Source: Moniliella sp. 'wahieum' (Eukaryota). Taken from it: a DNA stretch of 64,000 bases. A program made the translations under genes and the position numbers. Shown one piece after another: positions 51,694 through 64,000 of the stretch. The notes under the pieces were generated by a model that was not told the origin of the DNA, ran no database searches, and saw only the letters and a list, made by a program, of their open reading frames with translations. Within the stretch, counting starts at the first letter, position 1. Each line of letters begins with the position of its first letter. The DNA is taken from the NCBI GenBank assembly GCA_003971905.1, contig RSEE01000063.1, forward strand, positions 310,001 through 374,000, given 5' to 3'.

Positions 51694-52326
51694 TGCGGGG
51701 GAAGAAGGGGGGCGGTGTAGTGTGGGGGTGGGGTGGGGGTGGTGGTGGCGGGGTAGAGAGGGGGGTGATGGGGGTTGTGTTGCTCTGGGAGGCGGGTTGT
51801 ACAGTCAAGGGGGAAGCGTCAACGGCGAGTGGCTGGCGTGGATGGCGCAGGCGCGGTATTGGGGCTGGGAGCTGGGCCAAGACTGGCGGGGTGCCTGTGC
51901 GAGAGCCCGAGCGAGGGCGGTGTGCTGCCAGGGCGGCGCGCTGGCTGGTCTGGGCTGCTGTGCGCGCCACTTGGGTTTGCAGGCGAGAGCGCTGAGCAGC
52001 TGCGCGTCGCCTGACTCAGGCGCCGAGCTTCTTGCGCTGCGTCGGGCTGCGTCTGGCCTGCCCTGGCCTGCCCTGGCGGCCCCGGCGGCCGGCAACCCTA
52101 CCGCCTGTCTTTCCGCCCCGCCGTTCTTTCCGCCCGTCCAAGCCAAGCGCTGATCACGTGATGCGCGACCCTGCCCAGCGCTGCCCCGCACAGTCGGGTC
52201 GCAGTCTGTGCGCTACGCAGATTCCATGTCGTCGTGCAACTGAACGTTCAGGAACCCGCACCACCCCATCAATAGTACCGTGCATTTATTTGCTCTTGCT
52301 CTGCCGCCCCCGCCACCGCCACCGCC

Positions 52327-54084
52327 ATGAGGCTGCGAACACTCACCATCCGACTTCTCCGCCTGGCCCTCCTCCCGTTGGGCGCGCGCTGCAGCGGCCA
52401 ATGCTCTTTCCATCGGCTACGCCCACGCATCCCCTCCGCCTCTCTCCCACCCCGATGCCAACACCACCACCACCATCACCACTGTCACACCCCCACCTCG
52501 CGCCGCCACCCGTTGGGCCTCTTCCCGCCCCACCCCGTCGTCGTTTGGCATGGCCTTGGCGACAGTGCTCAGTCGGAGGGCATGGCAGATTTCGCAGATG
52601 CCCTGCGTGACGCCTACCCAGGCATCTACGTCCACCTCGTCCCCTCGCCGACAGTGCGGCGGCAGACCAACGCGCCACACTTTTGGCCAGGTCAACGACC
52701 AGGTTGCGCAAGCGTGCGACCAATTGGCCTCCGTCCCAGAGCTGCAGGATGGGTTTGATGCGATTGGATTTTCGCAGGGCGGCCAGTTCCTGCGGGCGTA
52801 TGTGGAGCGTTGCAATTCCCCGCCCGTCCGCAACTTGATCACCTTTGGCAGCCAGCACATGGGCATTGCCGATCTTCCCGCCTGTGCGCCGGGAGACCTG
52901 CTGTGCCGTGCCGCGTCGGGCATGCTCCGCAATGGGATCAATACAGAGTATGCCCAAACCCAGTCGTCACGGCACAGTACTACCGCAACCCGCGTCAAGC
53001 CAACGAGTTTGACGGTTACCTTGCTCACAACCGCTTTTGCTCGACATCAACAACGAGGCCCAATTCAATCCGGCGTACAAGCACCGTCTCTCCAGTCTGT
53101 ACAACTTTGTCATGGTCGTCTTTTCCGACGACGAAACGGTGGTGCCCAAGGAGAGCGGTTGGTTCAGTTCGTATCCCGTGGGGGACGGGGGCGAGGCGGT
53201 GGATCGACCGCCGGTGCCATTGCGGGAGAGTGCGATCTACAAGGATGATCTGTTAGGCCTCCATTCGCTTGATCGTCGTGGGGCACTTGTCATGGAGACA
53301 TGCCAAGGCTCCCACATGACCATTGACGCTGCATGCCAAGTCAAGATTTTAGGACGTTGGGTGGGCACCCCCAAGTCGGACCTTGTTGAATTTTATGGCG
53401 CCCTGCGGGTCGTATGCTGAGCTATTTTGGCATTCATGGAGGCTCTTGGATCGGCCCATTGTTCTGGCCTCAGTACACCTGGATGGTTAACCCAGACGGT
53501 TCGCGTCGCTTGCGCATCGAGCCAGCACGGTTTGGCAAGGTGGGCAATGCAGAAGAACCAATTTCGTTTCCCCAGATCAAACATTGACTATGACCCGGTC
53601 GAATTGTTCATTCTGGTTGTATTCCTTGTCGTCCTGGCGGTCTTGCTATGGAAGATCGTGCTGCGGTTGTCTCACCGTTCTCTTGCCTCCTGCTCCCCGG
53701 CTTTCTGGTGGGCGCAGCTTGGTGTTACCAATTGTCTTGGTGGCTTCCCTAATCGGCTACGTGGTATATCTTCCGTTTGCTCTGATCGCCTCGTGTTTCC
53801 GCCGACGGACACAGCCGCAACGCATTCTACTCCCCTACCACCTGACTTGGGACCCAAGACGTGCGGATACCTATGGTTCGCTCGCTGTCGGACCTCCTGT
53901 GTTTGTCCACAGTCGTCAGGCCCCTCCGCCTGTAACGCACCCTCCCCCTCATCTCCAACCCGCTTCCTCGCAGCCATCGTCATCAACCTTGCCACCGGAT
54001 GTGGAGGCGGCGCCGCCCAACTACTCCGACGTGGTCTTTTCTACCCTCCCCCCAACAGCAAATCCACTATATGAAGTGGGGTAG
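52327..54084 (+). CDS. PPT1: Palmitoyl-protein thioesterase with probable C-terminal membrane extension (3' part uncertain)
   Basis: 'PVVVWHGLGDS', 'GFDAIGFSQGGQFLRAYVERCNSPPVRNLITFGSQHMG', 'DINNE', 'FSDDETVVPKESGWF', 'IYKDDLLGL..LD'. Confidence 0.88.
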
Positions 54085-54651
54085 GACCCCCCCCTTCTCT
54101 TTCGTCGTCTCTGTATCTATACGTTGGACATGTTGTTGAAGGTTGAGTAAACGTATATCACGTTTATCTGATCTCTGAGCTTTCTTCTTTCGTCTCGGTT
54201 GAACTTATTGTCGCACAGTTCCATCCTTGGTTCAGAACGTTCAGACATGGTGGATGTAGATCTGTTACCATGTTACCATCCAAAATTGCAGAGGGTAGCA
54301 GAGTTGTGTACTTACAACAAGCCTCAGCGAAGGAATGCCATATCTATCATCAATAGCTGCACTGAAACAGGATAGGAGATGGCGGGGACGTATCAATGTG
54401 CTTTATCCTCCCCATACGGATTGAAGACTTCCTGGGGAGAGATAATACATGTGTGCACCGTTTCCAAACATGATGCATGGATCATGATCACCACAACCGA
54501 TCAATTTCTCCAGCAAGCGCCGACAGTGTCCCCAGTAACTAATAATTAATAACGGTTCGTCCCCTGTCATGCATGTCACCTGGCACTCCAACCAGACAAC
54601 CGCATCATTGCAATGTCCTTCAAGCTTCACCCTTAGCTCTACTTTCCATAT

Positions 54652-54735
54652 GTAACCCGCAAGATGAACAGTTCGGTTTAGACGTAGCGTTCCCCCTGTC
54701 CCTGCCTTAAGCTCTGTCACATGTCAATGATATGC
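54652..54735 (-). repeat. Dispersed repeat family R, copy f (carries a 7-bp insertion)
   Basis: CCCGCAAGATGAAC..GTTTAGACGTAGCGTTCCCCCTGTCCCTGCCTTAAGCTCTGTCA[CATGTCA]ATGATATG. Confidence 0.88.
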
Positions 54736-54956
54736 ATTCGAAAGTAGAGATTACCCGCAACGTTTGAATTAGGAGCAACGTTAGACGTTAGAATTACGCG
54801 CAACGTTGCAATTGCGCGCAAACGTTTGTAACCGTGGAATCATGATGCGTGACGCGCATGACGTCTGCAAAACGCCCTTGTGACATGTAACGTGCAGGCT
54901 GGTTGCGGTTGCCGCGTGGTGTGCTGGTGGAGCGTACGTTGAGCCCTTCGGGCAAC

Positions 54957-56682
54957 ATGCCTGCGTCCTTTAGCCACCAACCACCAGATCCCTACCACCT
55001 CCCCACTCCGTCTTCCATCCATACCCTTCGGGATAGCAGAAGCGCATGTCCAGCTTCAACAGCAGCACCCCCTCGGCCGCTTTGCTGCTGACAGCGATTT
55101 CTCTGACGCAGAATCGCGATTTTGACGCTGGCGTTATTTCGGCGATCTTTAGGTGTTGGTCAAACTGATTGCACTTGGTCTGTTTGCAAACCCGCCTCCG
55201 CATATCTTTGGTACGGGCACCGTGCCAACTGGGCCCCACGCAGCCTTACCCCTGCTGCCCCCCAGCAGGACTTGCCGGCTGTACCCACTTCAGTCCTTCG
55301 TGTGCTCATCCGCACGTGGAACGCCGAGGGGGTACGCGGGCTCCTACGTGGGGTGCGGTTGTGGACACTACGCGCCTTACTCCTTATCCTCTTCTGGAAA
55401 TTAGTCGCTCACCCTTCGCTCATGCGACACCGTGCCGATCTCGACGCCTCTTTCAGCTCCCTAACTATGCCGAGTAACTTCACCAATCTCACCACACACA
55501 TCACCCCACCCGAGCTTGACGCCATCCTCGTCACGCTCCCTCCCACATACGACCATGGTTTGATTCAAATGGCACCGCCATAGTCAGTTCCATGTTGACG
55601 GCATCCAGAATCAACGAGACTCTCTGGCCCTATGCCGTGTCTGGAGAAGAGATTCCCAATGGTTCACGAAATCGGGTCCTATTCATGTGGTGGACATCCA
55701 TGAGAATGGGTTAATGAAGACCCACGCGGAACGTGAACGATGGCACGTGCCCATGGGCGATGCATCTCTTCCGTTTCTCGCTACAGTGAGTTTGGTCGTT
55801 TTCAACTTGGCCTTGCTCCCAATCAGTATTATCACAACGCGGTTCGTCTCCCTCTTCCCTAATAGCCGCTGAGACTAACAAGTGTTCACCAGCGCCTATC
55901 TCTCCACTCATGCCTTACATATTCATACTCCATGGAAGAGCCTCAAGCTGCTAATGACAGAGCAAGAGCGTAAACGGCCCTATCTCCTCTGGACATTGTC
56001 CGGGGCAGCGTCCGCGTGGGCGATACATGCGATCGTCTTCGCTTTTTTCGTGCCCACGTTGAGCCACTGGACGTCGAGCAACGCCAGGATTTTTTTACGG
56101 AGCCATGTAGCCAAGTACGGGGCGTGGAAACCGCATATTCGCAGGAGCTTTCTCGGTTCTTGAATGGTGACTCTGCCTGGTTCGAGCGTGCGCGGCTGTT
56201 CAGCGGCACTCGTCTATTGCTGCTGTTGGTGCTAAAAATGGCTCCCTATTGGCTACGTACGTTCTGTCTTTGGCTATCGTCCCGCCCTTGGAGACCGCGA
56301 TGGTACGATTGGCGAGTCAGGGGGCCCCGGACCCAGAAGAAGAGTCCCTTCAGATGCATCGCATCGATGGGGACGAAAGTGGTAGCGAAACCGAGTTTGA
56401 CCTTACCACGGGCGTGGAGGGAGGCACACCCGCTCCGCCCGGGCGTTGGGTGCAAGGGGTGGCTACTCCGCCTGCCCCCAGGCGGTCGTGCTTCGCACAG
56501 CACGGCCCTATACTGGGCTGTGGAACTGCCTCGTTACTATGAGGCGGGAGAGAGGGATGGCGCAGTTTCTACCGTGGCTGGGGGCTAGTGTTTTTATGGT
56601 TTTTCTCGGGAACAATCCCTCATTCAACCGCATCATATTGCTAACTGAACAGCCACGGGCCTACGTCCCGCCGGCTTTTTAG
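54957..56682 (+). CDS. Divergent mitochondrial-carrier-fold membrane protein (introns and frameshifts; boundaries approximate)
   Basis: Carrier-like motifs 'VLRVLIRTWNAEGVRGLLRG', 'LPISIITTR', 'PLETAMVRLASQ', 'YTGLWNCLVTMRRE.G'. Intron ~55833-55892. Confidence 0.6.
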
Positions 56683-57544
56683 CATAACTGTCGGTGGGGG
56701 CGGCTCCTGTGCGCGACATCAGCAATAAACTCTCTGTCATCTCTGCACGTCCTCGATGCCCTGCTGTCTGATGCAGCCCCGTTCACCCACCGCCGCTTCC
56801 ACGCGGTTGCTGAGTCCCGTGGCATTCCAACATGAAGGCGAGCTGCGAGCCTAGTAATGATGGCTTCAATCATCGCATCATGACGTGCCGTGTCCGTCTT
56901 TTGGTGGAAGAGAAGTTTTATTTCTGCCCCGGCTTTCAAAAGTATACGCTCCAACTTGCAGTAGTTTAACCCAGTGTGTGTAACCCATGTAAAACCGGTG
57001 TAACTGGCGACTGAGCCGGCCGACGCCAAAAGAGACACACTGCATAGTCAGGTCCTCATGTGTTTTGCGCCAGGATTCGTCAAACGTCAGTGGAACCTAT
57101 AAAAGGGACATGCATGGATCGTGGACTCCAGAAGGACTCTTGCTACCACGCCAGTTTTAATGAGAATGTGGTGGCAGAGTACTGACCGAGGTGCTGTCAG
57201 TGCTCACAGTTTATGTCACCATGTGTTGGGGGTATTCAATTACACGACACCCGTCATCGGGGCTTTGGTTACCGGAAATGGGATCCTTTGCATGAGAGGA
57301 TACCGTAAGGAAGGGGTTGGGTTGATGTAAGATGGAGAATGAAGATTGAAGGGCGATTCATTGATAGAATGGGGTTCAGGGTTGCCAACCCCGAGAACGA
57401 TGGAGAGCCACAATATTTTTCCCGTGGGCTCTGTAGTCGCCTGGGTTCTCGACAGAGCGCATCTTTGTGTTAGGGTACGCCGCGCACTCCGCACGCGCGT
57501 CCTACGGCTATAGTCACGGCCAACCCATCCCACGTTCGTCTCTA

Positions 57545-60500
57545 CATAGCTAATCGAAATTTCTAGTCACAATGTTGCCGCCGATCTCGCCTCAAGGTGA
57601 GAAATTGATACCGTGAGTCTATGATTAGAAGTGCCACAACCCTGTACAAGAAAAGCTTGCGCAAGATGGTCGCAAGGTCGAGACAATCTATACCCGACAG
57701 CTTGGCCCCAGGTTACCCCCACCTATCCCCCACCTATCCCCGACAGTCCGCAGCCTTGCTGGCAGGCTGGTGGCAAGGCTAGCCACAGATATTTTCACTA
57801 GGCTGGCGGCTAGGGTGGTGGCTAGGGTGGTGGCTAGGGTGGTGGCTAGGGTGATGGCTAGGGTGCCACGATGCTATCAGATCAGGCAGTGGATTATCTT
57901 TAAAAGCATGCATTGCCATGGTGTTTAGACACAGAGACGTAGAGGAGCGCCAAGGCAACGGCAGGTTGTTCGAGGAGCCTCGGGACGGCGGCAACCACAG
58001 AAGCTTTGCCTTCGTCGTTTAATCCCGGACCAAAAACATCGTGGGGACGCCGAGATGATAGGGATAGAAGGGCAAAGAACAAGAGCCATACAACTTGCGG
58101 CGTGGGGGCGAAGCGTCATCGCGTTCGAGAGGGAGAATGAGTCCCGCAACCATACGGCGAACGATGATCTGTGTGCAAGCCAGCACATGTTCCGTGGTCG
58201 TTTCCTCAACACTTGAGCGCCTTCTCCAATCATCCTGCTTAAAGGCGTTGATTGTCAGTATAGGGCGGATAAGGACAAAGCGCAGGTACTGACCTGTTGG
58301 CCGGGGAAACCGTCGCCGTCGACCGTCCGCTCGAAGCGCCCCCGTCGTTGATCTTCAACTCGCCTGCGGGAGGTATGACCGGCATCTTGGCGCAAAGGAT
58401 ATCAGGGATCGCCAGGCGTTGCCGACTCGGTTCCGGTGGCTGCGCATAGGTCAGTCAGTACGACAGGCATCCGCCCGAGGGGCGTGGACATACCGAGGCC
58501 AGGCGCTAGCACAGCAAGCGCGTCGGCGGGGGGGCATATAATGGCAGCGCAACGAGCCGGACACATGTCACCAGCTCCGGTAGCACAGTGTGTGGCCAGC
58601 GAGAGAGGGGCGGTGGCGGTGGTGGTGGTAGTCGAGAGGCAAGAGCATCGGCGCAGCTGCGTGCGGTTATAGGCGCAACCCCGGTGGTCCACCGGCGGTC
58701 CACCCGCATGGCGCCAGTGTTGCCCCCGCACGCCACCGCCAGCTCAAGGCGCCCACCTGCAGCCTGGGCGTTTAGTATATATATAGAGTTTTTTAAGCTA
58801 CGCACTTGAGATAGTCGTGACAACAGCTATATACAGCACTATACTCCAGTCCAACCGTCTCGTTGCGAGAGAAGACCACATTCGCACAAGTCGCGGGCAA
58901 GAGCGAAGGGAAATTGCCTCTTTACTCGCTCAACAAAACTAAAAGGCAATCGAGAAGGTGTGCCCGCTCGTGTGCATCGAGCAGATTGTATCAGGAGACG
59001 ATGTACATTGGGTCCTTCGGGCGAGACCGCATTTTCCACCTCGTACATGTCCTCGAACTCGTCCATGCGCTCCAAGATGTCACAGTATCCCAATCCCTGG
59101 TCGCTCAGGGCGATGGTCCAAGCCCTCAAGGACGGGTTCATTGAACAACCACACAAGGGACGATGGGATCTGATCGGCACAAGGACTCAGCCGATGGTCA
59201 TGGTCAATAAGCATCCACGCGATCTGGCTATTCACATGTACCTTGGCGAATGTGTTCCCCTGGTCGGCATTTTCGCGCCTATCTTCCCGTCTTGTGGCAA
59301 CGCGACGCTGATAGCGACTCCTGGTACGGGATCGGAATCGACCTGGTCCAAGACGAGACGTCCAACCTGCCGAAGTTCACCGGCAAGAGAGGACACGCGC
59401 CTTCATTCTTACTCAGGTGGACATAACCAAGTTGCGCCTCTATGACGACTATACCATTAGTAAGTTTTTTCGCTCTTCACGCAGCGGCAATTCTTGTCGG
59501 GTTGACTGATGACTTCCACATCCTGGTACGGACACAGGAACAAGGGACGGTGAGGAAATTGGGAAGGGCGTCAATCCCCTTCGAGCCAAGGCCTGTGGTC
59601 GAGCTCTGGTCGTCTCCAGCTGGTGGGCTGGGCTGATGGTTTTGCAGGCAATGTGTCCAATCGGCCAAGCTCTCTGAACGGATATGCTGCTGAACAACAT
59701 GCACGTTTTACGGTTGTCGCAGTCTAGATGGGCAAAGAACCTTTTCCTCTTTGCATCGGAAACGGCCAAGTCTCTCTTCCGTTGTGCGAGCAGTTGGAAA
59801 ACAGCTAGAGTGAGTATCGCAGTCTAGGCCAAGTTGCCTTTGAAGTCACCGTGATTCCTGGGCAAAAGCAGCATGCTAACGTCTTTTTCGAACTTGCAGG
59901 CAGTATCACGAAGAGCTCATCCCTGTCTGGGATTCGACCACCGAGGGATGGATCCTTTTGTACAGCCCGTGCTGCAGATGATAAAGGGCGACAACGTGGC
60001 CGCGAACGAGATGGCTTCCATTATGGGCATGACTGCCCACGTGTGCTGCCGTTTTTGCGATTGCGGATGGCAACGGGGAACGAATATGTTGCCGGAGAAC
60101 GTGGCTGACTGTCTGATGCGTATACGACACCACTGGTGTTACTGCTGTGCATGAAATGGGACTGACTATTACCGGCGGACACATCAAGTCGGAAGGCGAT
60201 CTACATTCAAGTGTCGAAACTAGCGCGAAGTCGATCACCAACTCGACATGGTCGTCAAGAACGACGGCCTTGTCGACGACGGGCGAGCCAGACCGGGGTT
60301 AAGTATATGAAAGACGTATCCTTTATCCTGTTCAAGTCCCGCAAGACTCTGGAGGACTCAGCAGGGGCGACGAATGGCAAGAAGCGCAAGAGGCTGCTTT
60401 CCAATTTGTACTCCGGCGTTCGTGAGCTGCTGGATGGGTTCAAGAATAACGGCTACGTGTTCAACCCCCTTTTGACTGTCCACGAATGGCAGGGGTGCTC

Positions 60501-62873
60501 GAGTTTCTCGGTCGGCAACAAGAGCCTGGCGATCGACGTCATGCACACAGTTCTCCTTGGGCCAGTCAAGGCCTCGATCGAGCTGCTGACGGACTCGAAC
60601 TTCGACAAGGGGCCCTCGCTAGCGCTGTGGCTGGATTCGCTCTCAACTCGTGGGGTATGAATCGGTGGGTCGACGGCTCAATGGCACTAAAGTGGTTCAC
60701 AGCATGCGCTCAGTCACGGGGGTCGACTGCAAGATATTGTGCCAGACTCTCCCTCTGGTGCTGCCCAACTTGGCGGCCACGCTACGGTTGGACTCCGCCA
60801 AGCCTGGCGTCACGGAAACGGCGCGACAGAGACTTCTGAGCAAATTGAGAGGCTGGAGAATGTCCGCAAGAGCATTGTGGCCGCCGCACGCATTAAGTGG
60901 TTTGCTACATCGATGGCTTCGCACTTCAAGACCGGGCTACATATGGCGTACGTCTGAAACTGTTAGCTCTCATAGGCCCGTGATCATCTTCTCTAGTCCA
61001 AGTTCACAGCTTACATTTTGCCCCGTACATATGTGCCCACAGGAACTGCTTGACAAGGCGGTGATTCACATTTTCATGGCCATCGCTGCCATCGACCCGG
61101 CCATGCTCGCGTTCGTCGCCCCAAGTTCCACCTTCAGAGTCACCTCTCCCAGCAGGCGCTGTTGTGGGGTCCTCTCAAGAACGCTGACACACAGCGTGAG
61201 GAGGAGTTTGTCCGCGTCATGCGCAAGGCGGTCATATTTACGAACCGCAAAAAGATATTTGCCATGACTTGAACTACAAGATAGCAGCCCAGGAGAACCT
61301 GCAAAACCTGCTATGTGGAGGGCGGGGAATCGACATGCCGCTTGCAAAACTCGTGCCCCGCGATACAACCCCTGACGATGAAAAGGGGAGGAGGTGACAC
61401 AGGGTTTGCCCGGTGGGAACACCAAGAAATTGTCCGCAGACGTCTGGATCGAGGGGCCCAGCAGCTTTTTGCAATTGAATGTTACACCCGCCTCAAGCTG
61501 GCACGACGATTCAGCTCTTGGGCCAAGGGCTTGGCAGTGTGTGGCAAGTCCCTCCCGCACCCGGTACGGGCCGCAACAGCCCTTCCAGCGCTGCATCGTG
61601 TCCGGCTTCGATCCAGACTGTGGCTAAGGCCAAAGTCATATCGGTGCACGACAAGATGGGGCTTCCTGAACCAATGACAGCAGAGGGGCGTTCTGCCACT
61701 GGGCCGGTCGAAGATATTGTCGACATGCCGTTGGTCCGCGTACAGCATGGCCAGCTTTGTGCTAGGGGGGACTGGGTGCTTGTTGCCCAACAGGATATTG
61801 GTGAAGTCCTCCCACCCCGCCATGCCCAGAATCCTGATACGCCGCCCTTCTCCATTGGCCGGATAGAACACATTGCCGCCCAACGGCCTAATATGTGGTT
61901 GCTGTGCACCGGCGGGCCAATCCGACTCTCGCGAGGGGGGGTCGGGAGCAGCGAGGACTGGTTCCAACCTTGTGCTCCCTGTGCTTTGGGTCAAGGTCGC
62001 TTTGGCTCGCATCATGCCTATCGACTCGGCATATGACATGCGAGGCCTGGAGCTACCGCGCGCGTCCGCCCGACGCATGACTTACATTCCGGCTTCGCAG
62101 ATCCACACCATCTTTGGCCCGCTTAACGTCCAGCACAATTGCGTGAAGGCCAAAAAGTGCCGGGTTGTCCCCAACAGCATTACGGATACAACCACTGGCT
62201 TGACGTCCGATGGGCTCCAGCACAACTTGTCTGCGACGTCGGCGGTACAGCGCTACTTGCTCAACCACTTTGTCAACTCTGTCTCTCTCCCCACACCGAT
62301 ATTCTGCGACTTGGGGACTTGGCTTTTGCCCAGGACTGGGCGGTCGAGGGTGAGAATGTCCCTTCTGCCGACGATGTATTGGAGGCAGTACAATCCGTAA
62401 TGAACCTTTAGATCCTTCCCGAATGGCCATAATGATGGTAGTCACCACTGTTGATGTATACTCTACACCATCAGTCTATCAGTTTTTAGCGACTTGGCTG
62501 AAAGCGGACACAGCACGTGTGGCTGCCAAAGATTGCCAAATTGTGCGAGAGTCTTAGGCTCCAATGGTGCAACGGCCAATTCCTACTATTGGCTGGAGAA
62601 ACCTCAGGTTCAATTCGTGGGTGGGCCATCTTTTTTAAGATGGCTCGAGGCTGGCCGCCGTTCACAATATTGTGATTAGAATAGCGGGCAAGGTTGTGAC
62701 GAACTTTATAGGCAGCAATCTAGGGACAACCTCGCTGGGCGGCCTTGCCGCAGTGTGGTCCAAGAGGTTGGGGCTAGCTGTGTTGGCGAGGCTGTGACAA
62801 GGTTGTGCCCCTCTAAAGACAAGCTTGTGGTGTGGCCGGCAAGGTTCTGGGCTAGAAATTTCGATTAGCTATG
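57545..62873 (+). mobile_element. DNA transposon, CMC/EnSpm-like, copy 2 (5329 bp)
   Basis: Same 22-bp TIR (57545-57566 / 62852-62873), TA flanks (57543-44, 62874-75). Flanking DNA is unrelated to copy 1. Confidence 0.93.
58863..62400 (+). pseudogene. CMC-type DDE transposase, copy 2 (many frameshifts, some possibly sequencing errors)
   Basis: Same motifs as copy 1: 'GDNVAANEMASIMGMTAHVCCRFC', 'IDVMHTVLLG', 'LNVQHNC'. Confidence 0.75.
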
Positions 62874-62945
62874 TATGCATCCAAGCTGGCGTGTGCATCC
62901 ATGCTCACCGGTGCACAAAAAATCTCATGTAGATAGCACGTAAGG

Positions 62946-63556
62946 CTAGAGCCACTTGGTTTCGGGGTCAGCTAAGAACTGATCATAGAGCTCACGGTTA
63001 AAGAGGCTGACCTCCGATTCGTTCTCTGCGGTCACCATGTCAGCAAGCTGCATCGAAATAGCGAGACGAGACGTACCAAGGCCATATTCGGCAAGAGACT
63101 TGTCTGGATCAACCAGGATATACTCGGGATGATCGAGGTTGATGATAAGATTGGTTGTCTTAGCGCCATGAGCTTTAGAGTAGAGCTTGAGCGTGTCTGG
63201 GGGGGGGGGGGCCAGAGGGGGGAAGACAGGTCAGCCCAACTGGCCGGAAAGTAGATTGCAACACAATGGCACGACATACCTAGCGAGTCAATCGCAGAGC
63301 GGAAAGGCTTGAATCCAGACACAGTGCGCACCTGCTCTTTGCACAGATCGATGAGGGCGGCAGCCGTTTGTGTTGGGTCCACGTCGCGCAAAACCAGAGG
63401 TTTCATGGTGCGATACTCAAAGTTCTTGATGACGCGCACAGTGATGGTCGCATCAGTGGTAGGACGAGCCAGATTGGTGACACCAGTCTCGTCTTCCAGA
63501 ACGGGCCTGAATGGGTGGAAGCCGCCGGGCAGCAGCTCGTCGGACGGTGCGGCCAT
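62946..63556 (-). CDS. UPF0538/C2orf76 (DUF2340, yeast Aim29-like) ubiquitin-like protein; two introns (63197-63279, ~63026-63077)
   Basis: 'TNLARPTTDATITVRVIKNFEYRTMK', 'DTLKLYSKAHGAKTTNLIINLDH', 'EVSLFNRELYDQFLADPETKWL*'. Confidence 0.88.
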
Positions 63557-64000
63557 GGGTGCGCAGAGGTAGTTCGGGGACGGTAGGCAATGGATGGTGC
63601 TGGCGCGCTCAGCAAGACGGGAGGGGCGGAACGGAAAAATAGTGTGGGGGCGGAATCCTAATTTCGCTGTGGGGCTCAACTAGTCACTAGCGCTCACTAG
63701 GGGCTCACTTCGACAGGAGGTACCGCCTGTTGAACTTGACGTCCATGCCCACGACTCCCGCCATCTATCCTGCATCACTACCGTGCTATGCCACTTGCTG
63801 TACGAGACATCGGTCACCCCCCCTACCAGTCTCGGTCTTGTTAATCTGCCTGGCCGTCACATCTGCTGCATCAGTGACAATTGCATTTGTGCGGCGACCC
63901 ATGACGTCGCGCCCGTTGACCTGTTGCATTGCCGTCTCTGCAGCCAGCTTACGGCGCCTTCGAAGACGAAATTGAGGTTGATAGTCCGTTTCAGATCTGG

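Noticed and set aside
56700..57540. Tc1/mariner transposase remnant ('HSPSYINP')
   Set aside because: There is only a single weak motif, with no TIRs or other catalytic motifs seen.

Overview
Eukaryotic, intron-poor, GC-rich fungal DNA. It is most like a smut-group basidiomycete (Ustilaginomycotina), an inference from protein style and intron signals. About 14 host genes are recognisable: MDR oxidoreductase, PX/DUF3818 protein, secreted LIP lipase, Rieske Fe-S protein, CTNNBL1, Nam8/Ngr1-like RRM protein, G1-type cyclin, RPL9, Scw1/Whi3-like RRM protein, 14-3-3, palmitoyl-protein thioesterase, a carrier-fold protein, a UPF0538/Aim29-like protein and hypothetical membrane proteins. Nearly all carry frameshifts, probably assembly indels. 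Mobile DNA comprises two ~5.3-5.4 kb copies of a CMC/EnSpm-type DDE transposon (CATAG...CTATG ends, TA flanks), six copies of an unclassified dispersed repeat, and decayed LINE-like reverse-transcriptase remnants. The most unusual signal is in the non-coding DNA, which holds many arrays of 7-bp units of the form xy-TNA-y'x' (CTTGAAG, CATGATG, AGTGACT, GATGATC, CCTGAGG, GGTAACC, GTTGAAC, TGTGACA, TCTGAGA, GCTGAGC, CGTGACG and others). They differ in sequence but obey one rule. One copy of the dispersed repeat shows a before/after state of a single such 7-bp addition. This suggests a recurrent cut/hairpin/repair (transposon-footprint-like) process acting on promoter DNA. All identifications are by eye, with no database searches run.
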